This document shows positions 17,324-25,679 of a stretch of DNA of 39,108 nucleotides, piece by piece. Numbering within the stretch: position 1 is the first letter of the stretch; every line of letters begins with the position of its first letter. The position numbers and the translations under genes were made by a program. Source of the stretch: a virus (Duplodnaviria; Caudoviricetes); the IMG/VR virus record IMGVR_UViG_3300010396_000071, positions 1 through 39,108 of that record; one strand, given 5' to 3'. The notes below the pieces were generated by a model. That model was not told the DNA's origin. It saw only the letters and a list, made by a program, of their open reading frames with translations, and searched no databases.

Positions 17324-17565
17324 TCTGCTACGTATGTCGTGCCGCGAATGACTGGAACGTCACGGCGTGGCACCACTGGTGCAAGGCACGACGCTTAAGG
17401 GATGAGATGCCAACGTGGTGCGACTGCCAGCACATGGGGGAGACATCGGCGGACGGCGTCGTAGCGCCGCCACATCACGTTATGATCGCCGACATCCAGG
17501 TGGACGACGCGAATGATGAGTCTTGGGAAGACATCGAGAGACGTGAAGTGATGAAGTCGCTATGA
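17320..17565 (+). CDS. Small Cys/His-rich protein
   Basis: MICYVC...HHWC...WCDCQH; GGAG RBS. Confidence 0.65.
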   Translation: MICYVCRAANDWNVTAWHHWCKARRLRDEMPTWCDCQHMGETSADGVVAPPHHVMIADIQVDDANDESWEDIERREVMKSL

Positions 17566-17750
17566 GTGCGCTGAACATACTCTTCGTCTTTTTGATTGGT
17601 TTCTTCGTAGGTTTCTTCCTCGCGGGACTACTGTTCCTGGGTGACGGTAAGAAGGTTCGAACGACCAACGACTGGAGAAGGAGCCAGGCGGAGATCCGAA
17701 GGCGCCGACACCGGACGGGTGACCTTCCAAGCGACGTAGAACCGCTCTAG
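17562..17750 (+). CDS. Small membrane protein
   Basis: N-terminal TM helix, basic tail; ATGA overlap. Confidence 0.65.
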   Translation: MSALNILFVFLIGFFVGFFLAGLLFLGDGKKVRTTNDWRRSQAEIRRRRHRTGDLPSDVEPL

Positions 17751-17779
17751 ACGGAGCGTAGCGGAGAGTTGGTGCCAGG

Positions 17780-19399
17780 TTGGTTGGTAACCGCTGGTGG
17801 ATGGATGGGATTCCGCCAGGTGTGTTAGAGGAGGTCGTCAGCGGGACGACACTGGTGTCATCACTGCGTCAACGAACACTTCTCGAGACCTTCGACCGGC
17901 AGGCCGGCGGCTACCGACGTGACCCAGTGCGGTGGGCGAGGGAGAGGTGTGGTGTCAAGCTCTGGAGTAAGCAACGAGAGATCATCGCGAGTGTACGTGA
18001 TCACGCTCAGACGGCGGTGCATTCGTGCCACGCCGTCGGAAAGAGTTTTGTGGCTGCAACTACGGTTGCTTGGTGGCTGGATGTCCATCCTGTTGGTGAG
18101 GCGTTCGTTGTCACAACCGCTCCAACTGACAAGCAGGTTAAGGCTGTCCTTTGGCGAGAGATCAACCGTTTACATACACGGGCTCAACTTGCGGGACGGA
18201 CAAACTTAAGTGAATGGTACGTGGGGAAGGAACTGGTGGCGTTTGGTCGCAAGCCGGCGGATCAGGATCCTACAGCCTTCCAGGGCATTCACGCACGGTA
18301 TGTACTGCTTGTACTTGACGAGGCATGTGGCATACCGAAGGAACTCTGGGACGCGGGTTCATCGATCGTCTCAAACGAACACTCTCGTACTCTCGCGATC
18401 GGAAACCCTGACGACGCCTTCGGTGAGTTCGCGGCGAACTGCCGTGCGAGCTCGGGGTGGAACGTCATTCACGTTGGCTACCGTGACACGCCGAACTTCA
18501 CGGATGAGCACGTTGAGCCGATCGTACGTGACTCGCTCATCTCACCGCGTTGGGTCGATGAGCGTGCGAAGAAGTGGGGCGTAGGAAGTGCCATCTTCAC
18601 GTCGAAGTGCGAGGGTCAGTTCCCGCTGGAGGGTACTAGTGGAGTCATTCCATACGCGTGGGCGTCGGCGTGCCGGATCTTGGATCTTCCTGAGTCGACC
18701 CCCGTCGAGGCCGGCGTTGACGTGGGCGCGGGCGGGGACCGTACCGTTATACGTGAGCGGCGGGGACTTCGTGCTGGCAGAGAGGAAGTCTTCGTCGACG
18801 CAGATCCTATGCGTACGGTGGGACGTCTGGTCGAGAAAATCAACGAGTGGGGGGTGACACGTGTCAAAGTCGACAGCATTGGAATCGGTTGGGCGCTTAC
18901 GGGACGCCTTCGTGAGCTTAGTTCCATTCATAACCCAGCTGGCTCACTCGCTGGAGAAACTACTCACCGAGCTGAAGTCGTTGGTGTCAACTTTGGTGAG
19001 CGGCCTACAGAGGGTTGGGAGCATAAGTTCCTCAATAAGCGTGCCGAGGTCTACTGGCAGGTTGGACGTGAACGAAGTCGTCTACGAAACTGGGATCTTA
19101 CCGATGTCGATGATGACACGATCGCTGAGCTCACCGCATCGACTTATGAAGTGATGGACTCGTACGGTAAGATCAAAATCGAGCCGAAGGACAAAGTCAT
19201 CGAGCGCCTAGGTGCGTCACCTGACCGGGGTGAGGCACTGCTGCTCGCCTTCTACGACCAGCACCAGCCCGTGCAGGTGCGAAGTCTCGGTGACCGCGAC
19301 CTACTGACGGGTAACACCGGGCCGACCGTGGGGGTTGGCTCTGCATACCAGCGTGGTGAGTCTCTCCTGGGTGGGCCACTCGCTGGACGACGTTGGTGA
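17780..19399 (+). CDS. terL: Terminase large subunit
   Basis: WSKQ, Walker A SCHAVGKS, VLDEA, IGNP, nuclease GVDVG, SPDR; start may be ATG 17801. Confidence 0.95.
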   Translation: MVGNRWWMDGIPPGVLEEVVSGTTLVSSLRQRTLLETFDRQAGGYRRDPVRWARERCGVKLWSKQREIIASVRDHAQTAVHSCHAVGKSFVAATTVAWWLDVHPVGEAFVVTTAPTDKQVKAVLWREINRLHTRAQLAGRTNLSEWYVGKELVAFGRKPADQDPTAFQGIHARYVLLVLDEACGIPKELWDAGSSIVSNEHSRTLAIGNPDDAFGEFAANCRASSGWNVIHVGYRDTPNFTDEHVEPIVRDSLISPRWVDERAKKWGVGSAIFTSKCEGQFPLEGTSGVIPYAWASACRILDLPESTPVEAGVDVGAGGDRTVIRERRGLRAGREEVFVDADPMRTVGRLVEKINEWGVTRVKVDSIGIGWALTGRLRELSSIHNPAGSLAGETTHRAEVVGVNFGERPTEGWEHKFLNKRAEVYWQVGRERSRLRNWDLTDVDDDTIAELTASTYEVMDSYGKIKIEPKDKVIERLGASPDRGEALLLAFYDQHQPVQVRSLGDRDLLTGNTGPTVGVGSAYQRGESLLGGPLAGRRW

Positions 19400-19665
19400 C
19401 TAGAGAGGAAATCATGGACACACCGAACATGCACAAGAGAGTGTACGACTCGGTCGTTGCGAGACGTGTGTTTCACCTGCCGAATGACACGATTCGTGAG
19501 TACGTTGACGACGACACGTACGTCGAACGTTCGGGTATCGTCACCACGATGGCACTCGCTGGATACATTGAACTTGGTGATGAGGTAAGTCCACCGCAAG
19601 CGAACGGTGAAACGTGGCAGGTGTACGTGGAAACTGATCTCGGTCGCGAGATCACGAAGCCGTGA
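19393..19665 (+). CDS. Hypothetical protein (winged-helix-like; start may be ATG 19414)
   Basis: GAGG RBS; LAGYIE...ETDLGRE pattern. Confidence 0.65.
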   Translation: MVTREEIMDTPNMHKRVYDSVVARRVFHLPNDTIREYVDDDTYVERSGIVTTMALAGYIELGDEVSPPQANGETWQVYVETDLGREITKP

Positions 19666-19679
19666 TATGTATCTGCCTG

Positions 19680-19708
19680 TTTACATTTCGCATTAATCTT
19701 GGTATGAT
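19680..19708 (+). promoter_or_regulatory. Promoter TTTACA-N17-TATGAT
   Basis: TTTACA tttcgcattaatcttgg TATGAT, followed by an AAGGAGG RBS. Confidence 0.85.
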
Positions 19709-19745
19709 TAACTAGTAAGAGACCAAACGACCAAGGAGGAATGAA

Positions 19746-20069
19746 GTGGATCTCACGTACGTGGGCATGTCGGACGAGGGTTACGAGCAGTTCCACCTGC
19801 TCGCTGACGGCAATCGACCGGTGCTCAACGTCATGATCGACGCGACCGACGCCATCTGGGTCTCTGCACTCGACGACGGCGTGGCCATCAACGTCCCCCA
19901 GCGGACGAAGGGAGTCGTACATCGACACACCGACGCGGACCTTGAGGCGTCAGGCATCGACTCATCGCACGTCTGCCTGGGGGCGGTGGCGTCGTACGTT
20001 GTGCCGCGTGCCGTCACTCTCATGGCCCGCGTGTACTGCCCCGTTCAGACACAGGAGGTTAGTGAGTGA
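19746..20069 (+). CDS. Hypothetical protein
   Basis: Strong promoter and RBS. Confidence 0.75.
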   Translation: MDLTYVGMSDEGYEQFHLLADGNRPVLNVMIDATDAIWVSALDDGVAINVPQRTKGVVHRHTDADLEASGIDSSHVCLGAVASYVVPRAVTLMARVYCPVQTQEVSE

Positions 20070-20452
20070 CGCAGCGGACGAGCTCTGCGGTAGGATTCAT
20101 CAAGCTCGTGATGGTTGTTGGCGTGATCGGCTTACTCGCGGTTGCGTACAACGCGATGACGCACAACGACGAGGGTCGCGTGACGGTGAGTGCATATCTC
20201 GAGTACAAGCCAGTCGACCGTGATGTTGTGGCCAGCTGGAAGCTCGGCTTTGACGTCAATCACGACACCATTCATCACTCGCCGTTCGGCACCGCCGGTG
20301 CGGCACACGTAGGCGACACGATATTCTTCGTAGGTGTTCCTGTGAAGGGTGTCGCTGAGATGACTGTGACGCTTAGTGTGCGAGGTAAGGCCGTCCGAAT
20401 CTGCGATCGGGTTGAAGTTGAAATGAGTCAGTGCACCTGGACGGTGACGTGA
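20066..20452 (+). CDS. Membrane-anchored/secreted beta-rich protein
   Basis: AGGAGG RBS, N-terminal TM helix, C-terminal Cys pair. Confidence 0.7.
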   Translation: MTQRTSSAVGFIKLVMVVGVIGLLAVAYNAMTHNDEGRVTVSAYLEYKPVDRDVVASWKLGFDVNHDTIHHSPFGTAGAAHVGDTIFFVGVPVKGVAEMTVTLSVRGKAVRICDRVEVEMSQCTWTVT

Positions 20453-20610
20453 TGCCATCTTGGGACGACAGCATGCCTGGTGGCGGAGGCAAGGGCGGGT
20501 GGTGGATACTTCTCGGCTTCATCGCAGTCGGGTTGCTGCTCGCATTCATTTGTAACGCTCTCGGCGGGTTCGAGTTGCTCGACAATATCATGGGGGAGCG
20601 TAATAAGTGA
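20452..20610 (+). CDS. Small membrane protein (52 aa)
   Basis: TGATG coupling; MPSWDDSMPGGGGKGGWWILLGFIAVGLLLAFICNALGG... Confidence 0.6.
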   Translation: MPSWDDSMPGGGGKGGWWILLGFIAVGLLLAFICNALGGFELLDNIMGERNK

Positions 20611-20855
20611 CCCATCCGACGCAACCCGCTGGAGTACCTAGGCCGGGAACGACGGTCCATGTGCCTGTACCGAACATACCTACAGAGCAGGGCGCGACTA
20701 ACTGGGCGATCCAGAGCGGCAAGTTGATCGGTGCCGTTCTGATGGTTGTGCTCGTAATGTGGTTTCTCAAGTTTCTCTTCGCGAGCGTGCAGGTTCGGAT
20801 CATCGCCACCGGCATCATCTTCTTGTTCATCGGCTACATGATCTGGGGGAGATAG
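20607..20855 (+). CDS. Two-TM membrane protein
   Basis: GTGA overlap, GGAG RBS, two hydrophobic helices. Confidence 0.7.
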   Translation: MTHPTQPAGVPRPGTTVHVPVPNIPTEQGATNWAIQSGKLIGAVLMVVLVMWFLKFLFASVQVRIIATGIIFLFIGYMIWGR

Positions 20856-20866
20856 ATTCAACGTCG

Positions 20867-20910
20867 CACTGTGAGAAAAATCTCAGAAACTTGGGATTTT
20901 TCTCACAGTG
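20867..20910. other. Long inverted repeat (terminator or operator)
   Basis: CACTGTGAGAAAAATC / GATTTTTCTCACAGTG, 16-bp perfect arms. Confidence 0.75.
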
Positions 20911-20913
20911 TGG

Positions 20914-20942
20914 TGTCTAATTTACTTAATTCCTGATACAAT
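20914..20942 (+). promoter_or_regulatory. Extended -10 promoter (TGaTACAAT)
   Basis: AT-rich region, -10 at 20937-20942, poor -35. Confidence 0.5.
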
Positions 20943-20981
20943 TATCTTATAAAGAAAAAGAAAAATGAAGAGGGAGTTGAG

Positions 20982-21077
20982 ATGGTAGTTTTCGAGGCAA
21001 TCCAGCTGCTCACGTCGCACTACACACGACTTGTTCGCACCATCTTCTGTGATTACTTTAGGAGGAATGAGAAATGA
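20982..21077 (+). CDS. Short peptide (31 aa)
   Basis: GGGAG RBS, ATGA overlap with the next gene. Confidence 0.4.
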   Translation: MVVFEAIQLLTSHYTRLVRTIFCDYFRRNEK

Positions 21078-21817
21078 TCGTTGCAACCTCGTTCGGAATG
21101 TTCATGCCCGCACTACGTCCTGCGAAGTCGATTCCGCCAGGTGACAACCGCACACTGCAGGTCCGCTCACGGCGTAAGATCGATCTCGACCGGCTTCGCG
21201 CGCTCTACCTGCCCGACCTCGGGCCGACCATCCAGCTACCGAAGACCGACTACCAGTACCGTGCGTACTGCACACTCGCGCAGTGGGGCGAGGCACTCGC
21301 ACTCATGGCACTCGACATCAACTACACGAAGTTCAAGGACACCCCACTCGACTACTTCAAGGACTCGGCGCTTTCGTACGCGTACTCACGCATCTGGTCC
21401 GCCGCGCTCGACGCGTTCCCGGAGGGTTCCGTTTACCGGTCGTGGCAGCGGTCGCGGACGAACGCACCGGCTGCCACACGTACGTGGCGTGGCAGCGCAC
21501 CGATTCGCACCTGGTGGGATGACGCTGCGCACTCACAGCCGACGCACGCCAGCTACCGAGACACCGATCACGTTCTTGGTCACGTTTTTCCCGACCGCGA
21601 GCCGACGGCAATGGAGTTGCAAGAGATTGCCGATGAGCTCGAGCGTGATGAGCGAGAGTCACGACACAAGAACATGCTCGATGACCACTACGAGAGTATG
21701 CATACCGGTCCGGTCGTTCGCAACGGTCGTGTCGACCACTCACGGTGCGAGCACGCACAGAGCAAGAACGCGCGGGAGCGGTGCCGCCGACGCCTGCGTA
21801 AGGCGGGGCAGCTGTGA
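21074..21817 (+). CDS. Hypothetical phage protein
   Basis: AGGAGG RBS; LQVRSRR...TDYQYRA...INYTKFKD; C-terminal DHSRCEH...RERCRR. Confidence 0.8.
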   Translation: MIVATSFGMFMPALRPAKSIPPGDNRTLQVRSRRKIDLDRLRALYLPDLGPTIQLPKTDYQYRAYCTLAQWGEALALMALDINYTKFKDTPLDYFKDSALSYAYSRIWSAALDAFPEGSVYRSWQRSRTNAPAATRTWRGSAPIRTWWDDAAHSQPTHASYRDTDHVLGHVFPDREPTAMELQEIADELERDERESRHKNMLDDHYESMHTGPVVRNGRVDHSRCEHAQSKNARERCRRRLRKAGQL

Positions 21818-22035
21818 AGATTCCACATGAGGACGCGGAGCGACTCGCGCGAGCGAAGCTGGTCGCTCCCGAGCTTCGCAAGCTTACCGACGTGCAGTGG
21901 ACGTCGTTCTACGTCATCGAGACGGCGTACCGGCATGACCTGCTGGATCGCTACGAGAGCATGGTGCGCGCGACGGTACACGCTCTCCAGGTCTCCGAGG
22001 AACTCGTTCGTTACATCATTCAGCCGCCACGTTAG
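21814..22035 (+). CDS. Hypothetical protein
   Basis: GTGA overlap. Confidence 0.65.
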   Translation: MKIPHEDAERLARAKLVAPELRKLTDVQWTSFYVIETAYRHDLLDRYESMVRATVHALQVSEELVRYIIQPPR

Positions 22036-22094
22036 GCAATGAAGTCACAAGATCGAGAAGTTGCATCGCGGTCTCTTGACTTGATAGAGTTATC

Positions 22095-22337
22095 CGGTCG
22101 ACCCGAGCAGATCCTAGGCACCCAGTTCGGTGAGACTCGGTGGGTAGCAGGGGAAGCGATAATGTCTGGTAGCTCGGACATCGTGGGAATTCGGTTGGAA
22201 AAAGCGAGTTAAGCCACTCGCCAAACGCCGATCCTGACTGCCGAATGAAAGATCGTTTTCTCTACCCGGGTACGTGGAGGACGCCGTACGCGGTGCGGCC
22301 TTCTGTGAAGCGGTTGATCCGGGTAGAGGAAACGATC
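22095..22337 (+). ncRNA. Candidate structured non-coding RNA(s) upstream of the tRNA
   Basis: No credible ORF; several hairpins and a 19-bp stem 22251-22269/22319-22337 whose G-U pair fits the + strand. Confidence 0.5.
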
Positions 22338-22341
22338 GTAC

Positions 22342-22415
22342 AGCGGGATAGAGCAGGTCGGTAGCTCGCTGGGCCCATAACCCAGAGGTCACCAGTTCGA
22401 ATCTGGTTCCCGCTA
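22342..22415 (+). tRNA. tRNA-Met(CAT), initiator-like
   Basis: Full cloverleaf; anticodon arm CTGGG-CCCATAA-CCCAG (three consecutive G-C pairs); A1:U72, C33; no encoded CCA. Confidence 0.93.
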
Positions 22416-22441
22416 CACAAGCCTTTACCGCGCCAGGGACG

Positions 22442-22480
22442 AGAGACCGAGCGGACCAGGTCACCGCTCGGTCTCTTTTT
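22442..22480 (+). terminator. Rho-independent terminator
   Basis: AGAGACCGAGCGG / CCGCTCGGTCTCT followed by TTTT. Confidence 0.85.
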
Positions 22481-22494
22481 ATGCGTGATATCTG

Positions 22495-22523
22495 TTTACA
22501 TTAGCTCAATGTCTTGATATGAT
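22495..22523 (+). promoter_or_regulatory. Promoter TTTACA-N17-TATGAT (leaderless transcript)
   Basis: ATG 22530 lies 6 nt after the -10 hexamer. Confidence 0.85.
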
Positions 22524-22529
22524 TAACGT

Positions 22530-22604
22530 ATGGAGCTAATTGGAATCGTTCTCATCGTTGCACTCATGCTAATCGCAATCTGGATCTTTGGGAGGGCACT
22601 CTGA
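22530..22604 (+). CDS. Leaderless 24-aa membrane peptide
   Basis: MELIGIVLIVALMLIAIWIFGRAL; TGATG coupling to the next ORF. Confidence 0.55.
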   Translation: MELIGIVLIVALMLIAIWIFGRAL

Positions 22605-22738
22605 TGAGTAAGTTCTGGAAGTCACTTACGGTTAGTCTCGCGTTTGGTCTCGTGGGTGCGCTTATCGTACTCGCACTCCCAACGCTGGTAGAGTGGGTAC
22701 GTGTATTGCCGAGCGTGATCTTGGGATGGCTGTCGTGA
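22604..22738 (+). CDS. 44-aa membrane peptide
   Basis: GGAGG RBS; MSKFWKSLTVSLAFGLVGALIVLALPTLVEW... Confidence 0.55.
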   Translation: MSKFWKSLTVSLAFGLVGALIVLALPTLVEWVRVLPSVILGWLS

Positions 22739-22974
22739 AGGCTAACTCCGTTCTCACCGTTCGTGCGGTGGAGCTTCCTCTGCTGGAACGTACCGCGAAG
22801 AAACTTACCGAGTGGGGACACGAGGTCGAGGTTCGCCTGGGCGTGTACGACAACGCCGTTCTGGTCACGAACGCGCTACCACGCACGCTTCACAAGGCCA
22901 AGATCGCCGACAATGAGACGAAGCTTCTGGGTATGTGGGAGCCGGGCAAGAAGATCTCGTACTCGTCAAAGTAG
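22726..22974 (+). CDS. Hypothetical protein
   Basis: Part of ORF 22693-22974; start ATG 22726 or GTG 22735. Confidence 0.6.
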   Translation: MAVVKANSVLTVRAVELPLLERTAKKLTEWGHEVEVRLGVYDNAVLVTNALPRTLHKAKIADNETKLLGMWEPGKKISYSSK

Positions 22975-22987
22975 AAGGAGAAACGAG

Positions 22988-23314
22988 ATGAATGGTGATT
23001 GGGAGAATGATTTTCGCCGGGCCATGATTAACGCTCTTGTTCGCGTCGGCACTCCAACCGGAGAGGGTTCCGGTTTTTACGGCATGATTGCAAATAACTG
23101 GCAGGAAATCGTCGAACGTGTGAAGCGTGTGGGCATCGACTACGAGAAGTCGAAGTGGCAGGATGACTACTGGGATGAATTCAAAGGCACTTTTGATGAG
23201 GGTGACACTCGAGTGTATGGTGTTCGTGTAAAGCTTGTCCTACTTGATGAATCACTCGTTGAGTACGTTTACGCTGGATCAATTGGAGAACTTATTAGTG
23301 AGGTGACGAGGTAA
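22988..23314 (+). CDS. Hypothetical acidic protein
   Basis: AAGGAG RBS before ATG 22988. Confidence 0.75.
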   Translation: MNGDWENDFRRAMINALVRVGTPTGEGSGFYGMIANNWQEIVERVKRVGIDYEKSKWQDDYWDEFKGTFDEGDTRVYGVRVKLVLLDESLVEYVYAGSIGELISEVTR

Positions 23315-23369
23315 CGGTTACGTTCCGATGGATTAGAGAATTCGATCATAACCGTACAAATGGAACAAC

Positions 23370-23408
23370 ACACCGCCATTCAGCACACTGGGTGGCGGTG
23401 TTTCGTTT
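23370..23408 (+). terminator. Rho-independent terminator
   Basis: ACACCGCCA / TGGCGGTGT followed by TTCGTTT. Confidence 0.7.
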
Positions 23409-23477
23409 GCACACCTAGTGGTACGCCGCACGGAGTAGCGGAATGTTGTACCGTAACCGTTGGGAGGGGTGGAGATC

Positions 23478-23897
23478 GTGGAAGCCGTACCGATCTGGTT
23501 GGTGATCGTGCTTGTCTGTCTCGCAACGCACCGCGTCACGAGGTTTGTGACGCGGGACGCGTTTCCGCTCGTGGCGGGTCCACGCCGCTGGATCGAAAAC
23601 CGCTGGGACCCGTTCGATGACGCCACGTGGACGAAGTGGCGTGGACTGAACCGTAAACAGCGGCGAGAACTCGTTCACCAGATACGTGAGCAGGGTTCGA
23701 ACATTGGCTGGCCCAACGTGTTTGGACGTTCGCTCGCGTACCTGGTCACCTGCGACTGGTGCACCTCAATCTGGGTGGGAGCGGGACTCATCGCCGTGAC
23801 TCGCTGGTGGCTTGGCTGGGACTGGTTGCTCGCCGCGCTGGTGTGGCTTACCGCGAGCACGGTGACCGGACTCATCGCGCAGAGGGAGCCGGAGTGA
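23478..23897 (+). CDS. DUF1360-like membrane protein
   Basis: LATHRVTRFVTRD, LVTCDWCTSIW; typically found just before the portal in actinophages. Confidence 0.8.
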   Translation: MEAVPIWLVIVLVCLATHRVTRFVTRDAFPLVAGPRRWIENRWDPFDDATWTKWRGLNRKQRRELVHQIREQGSNIGWPNVFGRSLAYLVTCDWCTSIWVGAGLIAVTRWWLGWDWLLAALVWLTASTVTGLIAQREPE

Positions 23898-24100
23898 GAG
23901 ACATCACGTATCACTGCCAGGGACCAGACTGCGTGACGCACATTGTGTCTGCCGCTCGTCGCGCACCGGTCCGTGGTTTCATCGAGGTACGTGAGAACGT
24001 GGGCGATGATATTGTCGTGCATGACTTCTGCTGCTGGGACTGTGTGATGAAGTTTGCCGCGAAGATAGACGCACCACTGGAACTCGACGTCGAGGTGTGA
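23894..24100 (+). CDS. Small Zn-finger (TRASH-like) protein
   Basis: YHCQGPDC...HDFCCWDC; GTGA overlap. Confidence 0.7.
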   Translation: MRDITYHCQGPDCVTHIVSAARRAPVRGFIEVRENVGDDIVVHDFCCWDCVMKFAAKIDAPLELDVEV

Positions 24101-24101
24101 T

Positions 24102-25679
24102 GTGACAGATCGTCGCCGCATGACGAAACCCGTGTCGACCTCCTTCAACGCGCTGGTCGCCAGTGCGGCGCGCTACACGGGAACTGGGCTCGATCATCTC
24201 ATCCAGAACCGTGAGTGGCAGCGTGAGGGTTGGGACTTCTACCACGCCATGGGTGAGTTCTGGTACGGCGTTACCTGGAAGTCGAACGCGCTGTCTCGGG
24301 TGCGTCTGGTGGCCGCTAAACTTCAACCTGGTGGTGGCGAGCCAGAGATCCTGGGTGAGGACGCGACCGGCGATGACAAGATTGTAGTCGACGCGGTCGA
24401 GCGTCTCTGTGGTGGTGTAGGTGGTCAGTCCGCGATGATCAAGGACCTGTCCATCCAGCTGGAGGTGCCGGGCGAGGGATGGCTCGTCGGTGAGCAGCGC
24501 GAGCTCGGTAACGGTCAGCTTTCCGAACCAGAGTGGAGTGTTAAGTCCGCCGATGAGATTAGGCGGCGAAACTTTAGCGAGACGAAGAGTCGGTCACTTC
24601 GCGGTGGACCACCGCGGCAAGAGTCAGCGTTCGAGATCCAGGTGGAAGAGGGTCGCTGGCGACCACTAGGTGTCAACTCACTGGTGTGTCGGATCTGGCA
24701 ACCCGACGCGCAGTACTCGTGGAAGTCGATGAGTGCGACACTTCCCGCACTTCCTATCCTGCGTGAACTTGACCTCTACAACCGACGCATCATCGCCGAG
24801 ATGATCTCGCGGTTGGCGTCGAACGGGTTGCTCATTTACCCGGAGGAGGCGGTCTTCCCGACGCGTCCTGAGTTCAAGGACGCACCTGACCCGTTTATCG
24901 AGGAGCTCATTGACGCCGCGAGCAAGGCCATCAAGAACCCAGGTTCCGCGGCGGCCGCGATTCCGATGCCGGTCAAGGTTCCAGCCGCACTCGCTGACAA
25001 GTTTGTTCACCTAAAGTTCTCCGACGTCCTTGATCCTAAGCTCATCGAGGCGCGTGACCGTGCGATTCGCCGCCTAGCCGTCACACTCGACATGCCGGAG
25101 GAAGTTCTCACCGGTGTGCAAAATGTTAATCACTGGACGGCGTGGCAGATCGACGAGTCCGGTATCAAGATTCACATCTCACCGATGGCCGAGGTTATCT
25201 GTCACGGTCTGACGGTAGGTTACCTCCGACCGACGCTCGAGGCGCAGAGTGTTCCGACGCAGGCATCCGACGGCTCGCGCTACCTGATCTGGTACGACGC
25301 GTCTGAGTTGACGACGAAGCCAGATCTCGCGGCCAACGCCGAGGAGGCACACCAGTCAGGGACCATCAACGACACGGCGTATCGGCGTGAGAAGGGCTTC
25401 TCTGAGGATGACGCCCCGACGGATGATGAGCTGAAGACGCAGCTTCTTCGCGCGCTTGTGCTGCAGGGTGGCGCCGACGCGGCACCCGCACTTCTCGAAC
25501 TTACCGGTGTCGATCTCGCACCCGAGCCTCCTCCAGTTCAGGCTCCGGGTGTGCAGGGTCCAGCGGGCGGTGGCACGCCACCCCACCCCGCACCCGCGCA
25601 GGGGCCGCCTCCCGCTGGACCGAATCCACCCATGAACGGAAAGGTTCCCGCACCCACCACCGCGACTGTGAGCGCATGA
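24102..25679 (+). CDS. Portal protein
   Basis: WQREGW, SRVRL, VPGEGW, SRLASNGLL, RRLA..LDMP.E.LTG, NHWTAWQI, as in cluster-B-like actinophage portals. Confidence 0.9.
   Translation: MTDRRRMTKPVSTSFNALVASAARYTGTGLDHLIQNREWQREGWDFYHAMGEFWYGVTWKSNALSRVRLVAAKLQPGGGEPEILGEDATGDDKIVVDAVERLCGGVGGQSAMIKDLSIQLEVPGEGWLVGEQRELGNGQLSEPEWSVKSADEIRRRNFSETKSRSLRGGPPRQESAFEIQVEEGRWRPLGVNSLVCRIWQPDAQYSWKSMSATLPALPILRELDLYNRRIIAEMISRLASNGLLIYPEEAVFPTRPEFKDAPDPFIEELIDAASKAIKNPGSAAAAIPMPVKVPAALADKFVHLKFSDVLDPKLIEARDRAIRRLAVTLDMPEEVLTGVQNVNHWTAWQIDESGIKIHISPMAEVICHGLTVGYLRPTLEAQSVPTQASDGSRYLIWYDASELTTKPDLAANAEEAHQSGTINDTAYRREKGFSEDDAPTDDELKTQLLRALVLQGGADAAPALLELTGVDLAPEPPPVQAPGVQGPAGGGTPPHPAPAQGPPPAGPNPPMNGKVPAPTTATVSA

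Noticed and set aside
22114-22464. 116-aa minus-strand ORF
   Set aside because: Antisense to tRNA-Met and the structured RNA region.
23360-23620. 86-aa Cys-containing ORF
   Set aside because: It spans a terminator, overlaps the DUF1360-like gene by about 140 nt and has no RBS.
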